Counted from the first letter of the stretch, positions 18,533-25,885 are shown. The stretch: DNA of 64,000 nt from an uncultured Verrucomicrobiae bacterium (GCA_963817685.1 CAWFPN010000010.1:2852-66851), one strand, 5' to 3'. The notes: generated by a model not told the origin, from the letters alone. Numbers and translations are program-made.

Positions 18533-19306
18533 ATGAAGCACGGGTTACTTAAGTCATGCGCCAGTCTCGCGGTTGGCAGTACAATCATCTTTTCACTCGG
18601 CTGCGTTGCGCAGGCCGAATCTTCCACCGACCAGGCCATCGCCAGTTCCGGCGAGTTGGCCGGCGGCGCGCCGCGCGCGCAATCAGTTTGGGCGCCCATT
18701 TACCGGCCGCCGTTCCCGAACGCCCCGCGTGTCCGCGTGGACGGCCTGTCGCGCGGCGCCAACGACGCGGCCCTGGCGTTGACCGTGCTGGCGCCGGAAC
18801 ACGTCGGGCTGACGACCAAGGACCAGCCTTCCCTGTTCTGGTTCCAGTCCAAGGCGGCCAGGACCCGGTTCGAACTGACCATCGTCGCCGCCAAGGAAAT
18901 CAAACCGATTCTCGAAACGCAGCTCGATGAGCCGACCAACGACGGCATCCAACGGTTTCGCCTGTCCGACCACGGCATTAAATTGAAGAAGGGCGTCGAT
19001 TATCGCTGGAGCGTGGCGATGGTGCTCGACCCGGACAACCGGTCGAAGGACGTTGTCGCCAGCGGCGTGATCCGGCGCATCGCGCCCAGCGCGGCGCTCG
19101 TCGAACGCCTGGCAAAATCCCCGTCGGACGCCGCGGCGATCTACGCCGACGAAGGTGTCTGGTACGATTCGATGGAAGCGCTCTCGGACTCAATCGCGCA
19201 GCAGCCGCAAGACAAGGTGTTGCACGAGGAACGCGCGATGTTCTTCATGCAAGTCGGCCTGAAAGACGCCGCCGTCTACGAAGCCCGCACCGCCAGCGCG
19301 AAATAG
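18533..19306 (+). CDS. DUF928 family secreted protein
   Basis: Start set at the ATG with an AGGAGA RBS. Signal MKHGLLKSCASLAVGSTIIFSLGCVAQA. DUF928-like blocks IYRPPFPNAPRVRVDGLSRG, VGLTTKDQPSLFWFQS, GVDYRWSVAMVL...VVASGVIRRI, IYADEGVWYDSMEALSDSI. Confidence 0.8.
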   Translation: MKHGLLKSCASLAVGSTIIFSLGCVAQAESSTDQAIASSGELAGGAPRAQSVWAPIYRPPFPNAPRVRVDGLSRGANDAALALTVLAPEHVGLTTKDQPSLFWFQSKAARTRFELTIVAAKEIKPILETQLDEPTNDGIQRFRLSDHGIKLKKGVDYRWSVAMVLDPDNRSKDVVASGVIRRIAPSAALVERLAKSPSDAAAIYADEGVWYDSMEALSDSIAQQPQDKVLHEERAMFFMQVGLKDAAVYEARTASAK

Positions 19307-19329
19307 ACAGCGCCCCTTTCCTCTGAATT

Positions 19330-19390
19330 GTAGCCGCGAAACATTTTCGCGGCTTTTGGGCAACGGACCGCGAATGAGATTCGCGGCTAC
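19330..19390. repeat. REP-like double-hairpin element with GTAGCCGC...GCGGCTAC termini (copy 1)
   Basis: gtagccgcgaaacattttcgcggcttttgggcaacggaccgcgaatgagattcgcggctac. It has 8-bp terminal inverted repeats enclosing two hairpins. Confidence 0.7.
19333..19357 (+). terminator. Rho-independent terminator candidate after DUF928 (first hairpin of the GTAGCCGC element)
   Basis: 9-bp stem gccgcgaaa / tttcgcggc with loop cat, followed by tttt. It starts 27 nt after the stop codon. Confidence 0.5.
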
Positions 19391-19410
19391 AATGAGAACA
19401 CCGCAAGCGA

Positions 19411-19488
19411 TCACCCCGAGCTTGTCGAGGGGTCTCTTCCGTTCCGTCGCCTACAGCAGAGATGCCTCGACAAACCCGGCATGACACG
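19411..19488. repeat. 78-bp hairpin repeat, copy A (downstream of tpsB)
   Basis: tcaccccgagcttgtcgaggggtctcttccgttccgtcgcctacagcagagatgcctcgacaaacccggcatgacacg, about 90% identical to copies B and C. Confidence 0.85.
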
Positions 19489-19527
19489 TCTTCACTTCAG
19501 CATCATATATATGGATGGGCGCGCGGC

Positions 19528-21192
19528 CTAAAACGCGTCAACCGTGACCTTGAAGGTCAGGCCCAGGTCCTGCAAATCGTTGTTCGGCGTCTTGATGTTC
19601 TTGAAGGCGTATCCCCAGTAAAGCTGCGCGTTCACATGGCGGTTCGGCGTGAACAGCAGGCCGGCGCCCGCGCTCCATATCGTCGTCGGATCAGGCGTGT
19701 GATTGAACGTGTTCCAGGCGCCGCCGAAATCGCAGAACGGCGCAAACTGCAGCACCGCTTCGCCGCGATGATTGAACATCACCGGCAACCGCAACTCCAC
19801 CGAAGCGTCCGCGCCCTGGTCGGCCACCAACTGGTTCACCCGGTACCCGCGCACGCTGTCGGGCCCGCCGAGGGTGAACTGTTCCAGTGACAGCAGCGGA
19901 TCGGGGCTCAACTGGACGTCGCTGCGCAGGACGAGTTGATTGGGCGTGTTGAACAGCCGCTGAACGTACTGCCCCTGGCCCAGCCAGGCGAAGAACTCCC
20001 CGTTCCGTTTCGGGTCCGAATGGGAAATGCCGAACTCATCCAACCCGACGCTGAAGGTGGAACGCAACGCCAGCACGTGGTCCTGGTTGCGGTCGGTCCA
20101 TTCCTGCCCGATGCGCAAGGCGGAGATCTCGGTGATCCCGTTGGTCGAGCCCGTGCCGCTAAAGTCGAACGCCGCGTTTCCCAGGAACGCCTTGCTGTAG
20201 CGCCGTTCGAAGGTGGCGCTCATCGCGAATTCGTCATTCGGCGTCTGGTACAACGGCTGGCGCAACGTGGCGCCGACGCGATACGATTCGCTGAAGACGT
20301 CAAGCGCCGAGAACGGTTTCTCGACAATCGAGAAGTCGTCCTTGCTCCCGTACAGCCGCAGCGTCGTGTCGTAGGCCGTCACCGGCAGCATGTAGGAGGC
20401 GGACTCGTTGTCGAAATCGGAGAACTTCCAGCCGTGATTGCCGCCTTCGGCGACGCCGTAGGTGACATCGAGCGGGTCGCTGTGGCCCGTCAAGTTGCGG
20501 TCGCCGGCCAGCAGCAGGATCTCGTCCGCGCCGACGCTCGGCGGACGGTCGTTGTCCACCTGGATGGCGAACCGGAACGGATTCGGGTCCTGCACGTGGA
20601 CGTCGAGGTAGCTCTGGCCCGGCAACGCGCCCGGTTTGAGTTCCGCGTTGACCTGCGAGACGTTCGGGTCCTGCCGCAGGAGCTGCAAGCCTTCCTTGAG
20701 CCGGTCCATGTTCAGCGGCGCCGTGGCCCAGCGGGCGAGTTTGCCTTTGATGTAGGATTTGTGCAGCCAGCGGTTGCCCGAAATGCTCATGCCGGTCAGC
20801 ACGCCCTCGGTGATCCGCATCGTGATCACGCCGCCGGCGGCCGGTTGCTCCGGCAACACCGCGCCGGAATTGACGTAGCCGTGATTGATGTAAAGCATCG
20901 TCACCGCCCGGCGCGCGTCCTCCAGTTCCTCGCCGCTGATCTCCCGCCCCGTGTACGAGGCAACGACCCCGGCCAATTCCGCGCTGGTGAACACATGGTT
21001 GCCCTCAAAGCGAAACTCGCGCACATAGATCCGCCCCGCCGTGGAGAGATTGCCGGACGACAAAGGCAACTGCAGCGCCGGGACCGCGAGCGGGTCCGCA
21101 AAAGCGGGTGCCGCGAGAAAGACGAAGAGGATAAACACCAGGATTGGACTAACAAACCTGTCACCCCGAGCTTGTCGAGGGGTCTCTGCCAT
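19528..21192 (-). CDS. Two-partner-secretion outer-membrane transporter (ShlB/FhaC/HecB family, TpsB)
   Basis: Start placed at the ATG at complement 21190-21192, giving signal MAETPRQARGDRFVSPILVFILFVFLAAPAFA. POTRA segment IYVREFRFEGNHVFTSAELAGVVASYTGREIS. Beta-barrel ending FKVTVDAF. The listed 644-aa ORF is a 5' extension through intergenic repeats. Confidence 0.8.
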   Translation of the reverse strand: MAETPRQARGDRFVSPILVFILFVFLAAPAFADPLAVPALQLPLSSGNLSTAGRIYVREFRFEGNHVFTSAELAGVVASYTGREISGEELEDARRAVTMLYINHGYVNSGAVLPEQPAAGGVITMRITEGVLTGMSISGNRWLHKSYIKGKLARWATAPLNMDRLKEGLQLLRQDPNVSQVNAELKPGALPGQSYLDVHVQDPNPFRFAIQVDNDRPPSVGADEILLLAGDRNLTGHSDPLDVTYGVAEGGNHGWKFSDFDNESASYMLPVTAYDTTLRLYGSKDDFSIVEKPFSALDVFSESYRVGATLRQPLYQTPNDEFAMSATFERRYSKAFLGNAAFDFSGTGSTNGITEISALRIGQEWTDRNQDHVLALRSTFSVGLDEFGISHSDPKRNGEFFAWLGQGQYVQRLFNTPNQLVLRSDVQLSPDPLLSLEQFTLGGPDSVRGYRVNQLVADQGADASVELRLPVMFNHRGEAVLQFAPFCDFGGAWNTFNHTPDPTTIWSAGAGLLFTPNRHVNAQLYWGYAFKNIKTPNNDLQDLGLTFKVTVDAF

Positions 21193-21238
21193 TCCGTCGC
21201 TTACAACAGAGATGCCTCGACGAACTCGGCATGACACG
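21161..21238. repeat. 78-bp hairpin repeat, copy B (contains the predicted tpsB start codon)
   Basis: tcaccccgagcttgtcgaggggtctctgccattccgtcgcttacaacagagatgcctcgacgaactcggcatgacacg. Confidence 0.85.
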
Positions 21239-21293
21239 CTCTTGTTTGAGCATGACACGTCGTTGTTAGTGTATGACACGCCCTTGTTGACGA
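21231..21293. repeat. Three tandem 21-bp units starting ATGACACG
   Basis: atgacacgctcttgtttgagc / atgacacgtcgttgttagtgt / atgacacgcccttgttgacga, with period 21 (21231, 21252, 21273). Confidence 0.75.
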
Positions 21294-21322
21294 ACAACCC
21301 TGGCGCCAGGATTGCCAAGCTG

Positions 21323-21400
21323 TCACCCCGAGCTCGTCGAGGGGTCTCTGCCGTTCCGTCGCTTACAACAGAGATGCCTCGACGAGCTCGGCATGACACG
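21323..21400. repeat. 78-bp hairpin repeat, copy C (tpsA-tpsB intergenic)
   Basis: tcaccccgagctcgtcgaggggtctctgccgttccgtcgcttacaacagagatgcctcgacgagctcggcatgacacg. The arms ccgagctcgtcgagg and cctcgacgagctcgg form a perfect 15-bp inverted repeat. Confidence 0.85.
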
Positions 21401-21430
21401 GCTGTGGCGGGAACACCACGCCTGGCGGAC

Positions 21431-23677
21431 CTAAGGCTCGTCATGCGGGCTGCTCGATTCAAGCGACGGCTGCAGGTTGTCCGGTTCGATGGGCGCGCCG
21501 CCGCTGCCGGTCAGGATGAACGTGCTGATCCCGCCGTGTTGTTTGAGCGCGCAACTCTCGCGCAACTCCGACGCGGCATCCAGCGGCGTCTCCGCCAACG
21601 GAATCAGGCTGCCCACCAGCGCCAGGTACGGCGCGGTGACCTGGACGCTGCCTTGCAACCCAAACTGCGATGAGGCCGTGATCTTGCTTTGCGATTCGAC
21701 GAAGAAATCGGAGGTGATGTTGATATTGCCGCCATGGCCCGTGATCGCATCGGCGGTGATCTGGCTCTTGTTCAACGCGACCACCGAAGGATCGATTGTG
21801 ATGTTGCCGCCGTCGCCGTTGACCGCTGCCGCGCTGATCTGGCTGTTGAACAAGGAAACCGCTCCCAGCGTCGTGATCGTCACGTTCCCGCCATTCCCCT
21901 CCGCCTCCGCCGAAATCAGCCCATCGTTCAACTTGATGTTCGAACCTGACCCGCCCGTCACGTCAATGTTCCCGCCATCGCTCTGCGCCGATGAAACGCT
22001 CAAGTCCGCATCATTCTCAATCAGCAACAACCCCGACACCCCCAGCGCGATGCCACCCGCATCACCTGAACTGGTGGCCGAAGAGGCAATCGAAGCTCCC
22101 GTGTTCAAAGTCAGATCCTTCACCTGAATGTTGATGTTCCCCGCATCCCCCGTCGTCTGCGAAGAAGCCAAAACCTCCGCCCCATTCTGCAAAGCCATCG
22201 TCCCCGCATGAATGAGAATGTCGCCTCCCGGCCCCGTTACTGGGCCGCTGTCGTTGCGAGCTTCTGAAGAGATTCCAGTGAATGAGGCTTGATCCTTGCC
22301 ATCCATACTAATGGACGAGGCGGTGATGGTGATATTTCCGGCTGCCGATGGGCTGAAGGTCGAGGTTTGGATCGCCGCATCTGCAACCAGTTGAAGTGTA
22401 TCGGTGTTGATGATGAGGTTCCCTGCCGGTCCTTCATTACTGGTACCAAAGAGACTGCTATTCGCCAAGCGGATACTGGTGGCGGTGATGGTGAGATTCC
22501 CGGCAGCACCAGGTGTCGATGTTTGGACGCTAATGAGACTGTTCTCAAGGTCGAGCGAACCGGTCTTGATTGTGATATCGCCGGCGTTGCCTGTACTTGA
22601 TGCGTCATTCGGGAGTGTGCCAGTCGATATCGCTGCGCTGTTCTCCAGTTGAATCAAAGCTGCATTCAAATTAATGGACGAGCCATTGCCGGACTCGAGA
22701 TTCAGTGCGCTGAAAGTCGCACCGTTCAAGTCGATCACGCCTCGAACGTCCACTTCGATGCCCACGCCGTTCTGGGCGCTCAGGTTGTCTGCACCAAGCA
22801 CACTGCCGGGATCCATGCTCAGGCTGTCCGCGTTGACCACCAGCTTCCCCGGCCCCACGATGCCGTCACTGGAAACTTCGACATCGGCGGCATTGACAAA
22901 CGTGACGGCACCGAGTGTGGCGAACCCGGACGTATCCACCGTCGCCGACGGGTCGGTCACATCCAGCGCCAGTTCGCCGGGCGATTTGATGCTGATCAAA
23001 TTCATCCTGCCACCGGGCGCCAGAATGACGGCCCCGTCGATGGTGATATCGCCACCCACGAGGGAGAAGCCGAGTTGATCGGGCATGGTGAGCATGCTCT
23101 GGCTGACGGTGATTGCCCCCGGAGTGCCGCTGAGAAATCCAAAGGCGCTGACCGGCGCGGCGGTCAGCACGTCGTTGGCTGGATTGGCCGCATCAAACCG
23201 TCCACCGTCGGCCAGCTTGACGTAACTGGCGGTCGTAGCCGTGAACGCACCGCTGACGTTTACCTGGGCGTTCGGTCCGAACATCATGCCGAACGGATTG
23301 ATCAGGAAGAAGTTTGCCCCGGCAATGTCGCAATTGATCGCGCCGTCGATGCTGGAAGGACTGCCGCCCGTCACGCGTGCGATCACATTGTGGATGTTCG
23401 CCGGGCCGGTGAAATCGGCGGTATCGCCGGTCGCAAGATTGAACTGGCTGAAACTATGAAAGAGATTGTTCCCGACAGTCTTGCCCAGCGTGGCCGGGAT
23501 GATGTAGCCCGGCCCCGTAAGCGGCCCGCTCGGCCCGACGGTGCCGTCGAGCGTGACCGTGCCGGCAAGGCAGGTGGCGGCAAGCAAGAGCATCGCCGCA
23601 ATCGTAGGAGCGCCCTTCCGGGCGCGACATGCCAAGAATCGCGCCCGGAAGGGCGCTCCTACGGGACAATTACACAT
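21431..23677 (-). CDS. Short TpsA exoprotein (filamentous-hemagglutinin N-terminal TPS domain plus beta-helix repeats)
   Basis: TPS motif GNNLFHSFSQFNLATGDTADF. About 9 rungs such as AGNLTITATS, AGNITITASS, GGNVTITTLG, GGNITIDPS, GGNINITSD. C-terminus RESCALKQHGGISTFILTGSGGAPIEPD. Start ambiguous: the ATG at 23677 gives the Arg-rich n-region MCNCPVGAPFRARFLACRARKGAPTIAAMLLLAATCLAG, while the ATG at 23593 gives MLLLAATCLAG. Confidence 0.8.
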   Translation of the reverse strand: MCNCPVGAPFRARFLACRARKGAPTIAAMLLLAATCLAGTVTLDGTVGPSGPLTGPGYIIPATLGKTVGNNLFHSFSQFNLATGDTADFTGPANIHNVIARVTGGSPSSIDGAINCDIAGANFFLINPFGMMFGPNAQVNVSGAFTATTASYVKLADGGRFDAANPANDVLTAAPVSAFGFLSGTPGAITVSQSMLTMPDQLGFSLVGGDITIDGAVILAPGGRMNLISIKSPGELALDVTDPSATVDTSGFATLGAVTFVNAADVEVSSDGIVGPGKLVVNADSLSMDPGSVLGADNLSAQNGVGIEVDVRGVIDLNGATFSALNLESGNGSSINLNAALIQLENSAAISTGTLPNDASSTGNAGDITIKTGSLDLENSLISVQTSTPGAAGNLTITATSIRLANSSLFGTSNEGPAGNLIINTDTLQLVADAAIQTSTFSPSAAGNITITASSISMDGKDQASFTGISSEARNDSGPVTGPGGDILIHAGTMALQNGAEVLASSQTTGDAGNINIQVKDLTLNTGASIASSATSSGDAGGIALGVSGLLLIENDADLSVSSAQSDGGNIDVTGGSGSNIKLNDGLISAEAEGNGGNVTITTLGAVSLFNSQISAAAVNGDGGNITIDPSVVALNKSQITADAITGHGGNINITSDFFVESQSKITASSQFGLQGSVQVTAPYLALVGSLIPLAETPLDAASELRESCALKQHGGISTFILTGSGGAPIEPDNLQPSLESSSPHDEP
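23604..23662. repeat. Perfect 24-bp inverted repeat (11-nt loop) at the tpsA translation start region
   Basis: gtaggagcgcccttccgggcgcga-catgccaagaa-tcgcgcccggaagggcgctcctac. The arms are exact reverse complements. Confidence 0.9.
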
Positions 23678-23753
23678 GAGATGACGCAAGTGGGAGAGGC
23701 CTGAGGCCTCTCCCACCGCATGTTGCACAGATGCTTTGCCTGCTGCAGCCATC

Positions 23754-24242
23754 CTACTGGTTGATAATGATCATTACCGAGTTCGTGTTGTTGTTTGGAT
23801 TCGACTCTTTGATGATGCCCGATCCATCCGCGACATCGCAGACGAAATTGGTGCCCAGCGCAGTCCCTTGGGGAATCGTGATCGTGCCCGACCAAGAATA
23901 CGTTGCACCGGGGCCCATAAGGGTGGGGATTAAGTGGGACTCCAAGAGACAGCTTGACGTAAGGTCGTTGCTGCTGGTGCAGAGGTAGATGTAGTCGTAG
24001 AAGCTCCCGCGCGTATAGCCCGACTGGTTTGAGGTGACATCGCTGATGGGGATTTGATCGCCCAGGTTTGCGCTGTTTGTCACGGTCACCGATGCGATGA
24101 CCAGATCGGGGAGCGCCAAGGGCGGGAGAAGGGGGCCGCCGCTTCCACCGTCCTGCGCTTGTGCGCGATACGGCAACACGGTCATTGCGGCCACTACGAT
24201 CATGATTGCTGCCCAGAGGTACTGTCTGTTTCCTTGCGTCAT
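23754..24242 (-). CDS. Secreted CARDB-like domain protein
   Basis: Signal YLWAAIMIVVAAMTVLPYRAQA. PDLVIASVTVTNSANLGDQIPISDVTSNQSG...FVCDVADGSGIIKESNPNNN resembles the CARDB pattern. First gene of the CARDB-tpsA-tpsB string. Confidence 0.6.
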   Translation of the reverse strand: MTQGNRQYLWAAIMIVVAAMTVLPYRAQAQDGGSGGPLLPPLALPDLVIASVTVTNSANLGDQIPISDVTSNQSGYTRGSFYDYIYLCTSSNDLTSSCLLESHLIPTLMGPGATYSWSGTITIPQGTALGTNFVCDVADGSGIIKESNPNNNTNSVMIIINQ

Positions 24243-24753
24243 GGGAGGATTACTCCTGCGTTGAGTGTATGTGATTACTTACTTCGCGGGACGTGGAAGG
24301 TTCCAGTCATCGATGGACCCGCGATGTGATGGCGTCAACCCCAACGGGGAAAATCCGAAATGCTCCGCGCGAAGTTGCAACCCACCGGCAAACCCGAGCT
24401 TGCCGTTACCCATCGACAAGGCAGACCAACTCATGACCGCTCTCCCAAGTCACGCGTGACCCTTGCCAAAGAGCCTACCCCTCGATGGCCTCACCTGCAT
24501 TGCACTTCACCGTCCACAGCATCTCTCTCCAAATGCAGAGGACGCGATACGTATACAGAAGCCCCTACCGATGCTCAAGAAGAATGTTTACGCGCAAGCA
24601 CTCGCCAACCATACCCGATTCTCTGGCAAGTCTTTTGTGGCGAGGGAGATAAAGCGGGCGACGCGGCCAACGACGGCAGGCGGTTCGCCTGCCCTGCAAT
24701 GAGAGGTAAACGAGTGTCCTCTCAGGTATTGTCCTAATTTCGGATCATTTTCT

Positions 24754-24815
24754 GTAGCCGCAGGCTTTAGCCTGCGCTGTCGGCCCAATCTGCGCACCCT
24801 AAAGGGTGCGGCTAC
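24754..24815. repeat. REP-like double-hairpin element with GTAGCCGC...GCGGCTAC termini (copy 2)
   Basis: gtagccgcaggctttagcctgcgctgtcggcccaatctgcgcaccctaaagggtgcggctac. Same termini, length (62 vs 61 bp) and two-hairpin layout as 19330..19390. It overlaps the stop codon of the G/Y/W-rich gene. Confidence 0.7.
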
Positions 24816-25546
24816 TTGCCTGGGCCTTGACCCGAGCCTGACTCAGCCGGGGCCGGGGTGGACGGCACGGGCACACGCGACCCTGGCGCAGGAGGCGCGG
24901 GGATATTGCCCGGAGGCGGTTGCGCGGCTTGTTGCATGGCTTTGTCGAGGGCGGCGTCGGCGTTTTCACCGTAGCCGTTCAGGAACCCGCGGCGGAAATC
25001 ATCGCGCACGCCCGGAGGCGCGTTGATGACGTAGGCGCGCAGGTATTGGACAAACCAGTCCCAGGTGACGGTCTCCAGCCTCAGGTCCTTGCCCCAATCG
25101 TGACCGAGCACGAGGTAGCTGCGGTTGTCCTGGGGTTGGGCCGGTTGCTGATACGAATAGGCGCCGTCGTAGTAGTACACAGGAGGCGGCGTGGCAGAAT
25201 AGGAATAATCCGGATACTGATAATATGCGGTGCCGGGATAATACGGGTAGGAGGAGTAGTACGGCCAGCCCCACGAATAATACGGCCACCAGAGTGGGCC
25301 GCCGAAATAGAAGCCCCATCCGCCATTGCCCCAATACCCGCCATGATAATAACCGCCGTGATAGCCGCCGTAGTACCCGCCGGAATCACCATGCCAGTGT
25401 CCCCAGCCGCCGCCACCGCTGCGCTGACCGCCCCCGTCACGGCCCCAGCCCCATCCACCGCCATCGCCCCGCGCTTGCACGGATGAGACGGCCAGCAGGA
25501 CGGAAATTCCAATCGTTGCAATCAGTGAGAAGAGAGATCGCTTCAT
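24812..25546 (-). CDS. Secreted Gly/Tyr/Trp-rich low-complexity protein with a small globular C-terminal domain and Pro-rich tail
   Basis: GAGGTG RBS before the ATG. Signal MKRSLFSLIATIGISVLLAVSSVQA. GGGWGWGRDGGG...GGYYGGYHGGYYHGGYWGNGGWGFYFGGPLWWPYYSWGWPYYSSYPYYPG. C-terminal WDWFVQYLRAYVINAPPGVRDDFRRGFLNGYG. Confidence 0.65.
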   Translation of the reverse strand: MKRSLFSLIATIGISVLLAVSSVQARGDGGGWGWGRDGGGQRSGGGGWGHWHGDSGGYYGGYHGGYYHGGYWGNGGWGFYFGGPLWWPYYSWGWPYYSSYPYYPGTAYYQYPDYSYSATPPPVYYYDGAYSYQQPAQPQDNRSYLVLGHDWGKDLRLETVTWDWFVQYLRAYVINAPPGVRDDFRRGFLNGYGENADAALDKAMQQAAQPPPGNIPAPPAPGSRVPVPSTPAPAESGSGQGPGK

Positions 25547-25653
25547 CGTCAATCACCTCTACCAGATTAGACGCACAAAAGCAGGTTTCGATTCAAAAAC
25601 AATCCCGTCAAAACCGGTTCCCGCAGCCACGCAACGGGTTGCGGGCCGGTCGA

Positions 25654-25718
25654 GTTGTAGCGGCCGCCGTCCCGGCGGCGGGGTTGACAAAAGCGTCCGG
25701 GACGGACGCCACTACAAC
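25654..25718. repeat. Imperfect 22-bp inverted repeat (GTTGTAG...CTACAAC type)
   Basis: gttgtagcggccgccgtcccgg ... ccgggacggacgccactacaac, with 19/22 positions complementary. Confidence 0.7.
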
Positions 25719-25758
25719 AAATTGACCCACTACCGGGTTGTGGCACCGGTCGAAAAAC

Positions 25759-25834
25759 TGGAGCCAGCGATCGGACTCGAACCGATAACCTGCTGATTAC
25801 AAATCAGCTGCTCTGCCAATTGAGCTACGCTGGC
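25759..25834 (-). tRNA. tRNA-Thr (anticodon UGU)
   Basis: Manual cloverleaf: GCCAGCG-TA-GCTC-AATTGGCA-GAGC-A-GCTGA-TTTGTAA-TCAGC-AGGTT-ATCGG-TTCGAGT-CCGAT-CGCTGGC-T-CCA (76 nt, encoded CCA). Confidence 0.9.
25795..25834. repeat. attL core: 40-bp direct repeat (tRNA-Thr positions 1-40)
   Basis: gattacaaatcagctgctctgccaattgagctacgctggc, identical to 61764..61803. Confidence 0.85.
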
Positions 25835-25885
25835 TTTACCCTGTAAACTAAAGCTTTTATGCACGTACTTGAGGTGACTGTTTTT

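Noticed and set aside
21161-21400. Possible CRISPR array (repeated ~78-bp units with intervening sequence)
   Set aside because: There are only two adjacent copies plus one distant copy. The repeats are too long and internally palindromic, spacing is irregular, and there are no cas genes. They are better explained as REP/MITE-like hairpins.
19528-21462. Full 644-aa version of the TpsB ORF, and similar 5' extensions (33807..35537, 28600..31794, 6926..11893, 2454..3341, 42950..43666, 33515..34060)
   Set aside because: The extensions run through intergenic repeats or upstream genes and lack signal peptides. Internal starts give proper signal or lipobox sequences, or ATGA coupling.
24243-24811. 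569-bp gap upstream of the CARDB-tpsA-tpsB string, considered as a riboswitch or ncRNA locus (contains hairpins ggcaggcg-gtt-cgcctgcc and gagagg-N11-cctctc)
   Set aside because: I recognise no known riboswitch consensus, and the listed small ORFs there (24360..24737 and others) lack support. I leave it as an unexplained long leader or regulatory region.
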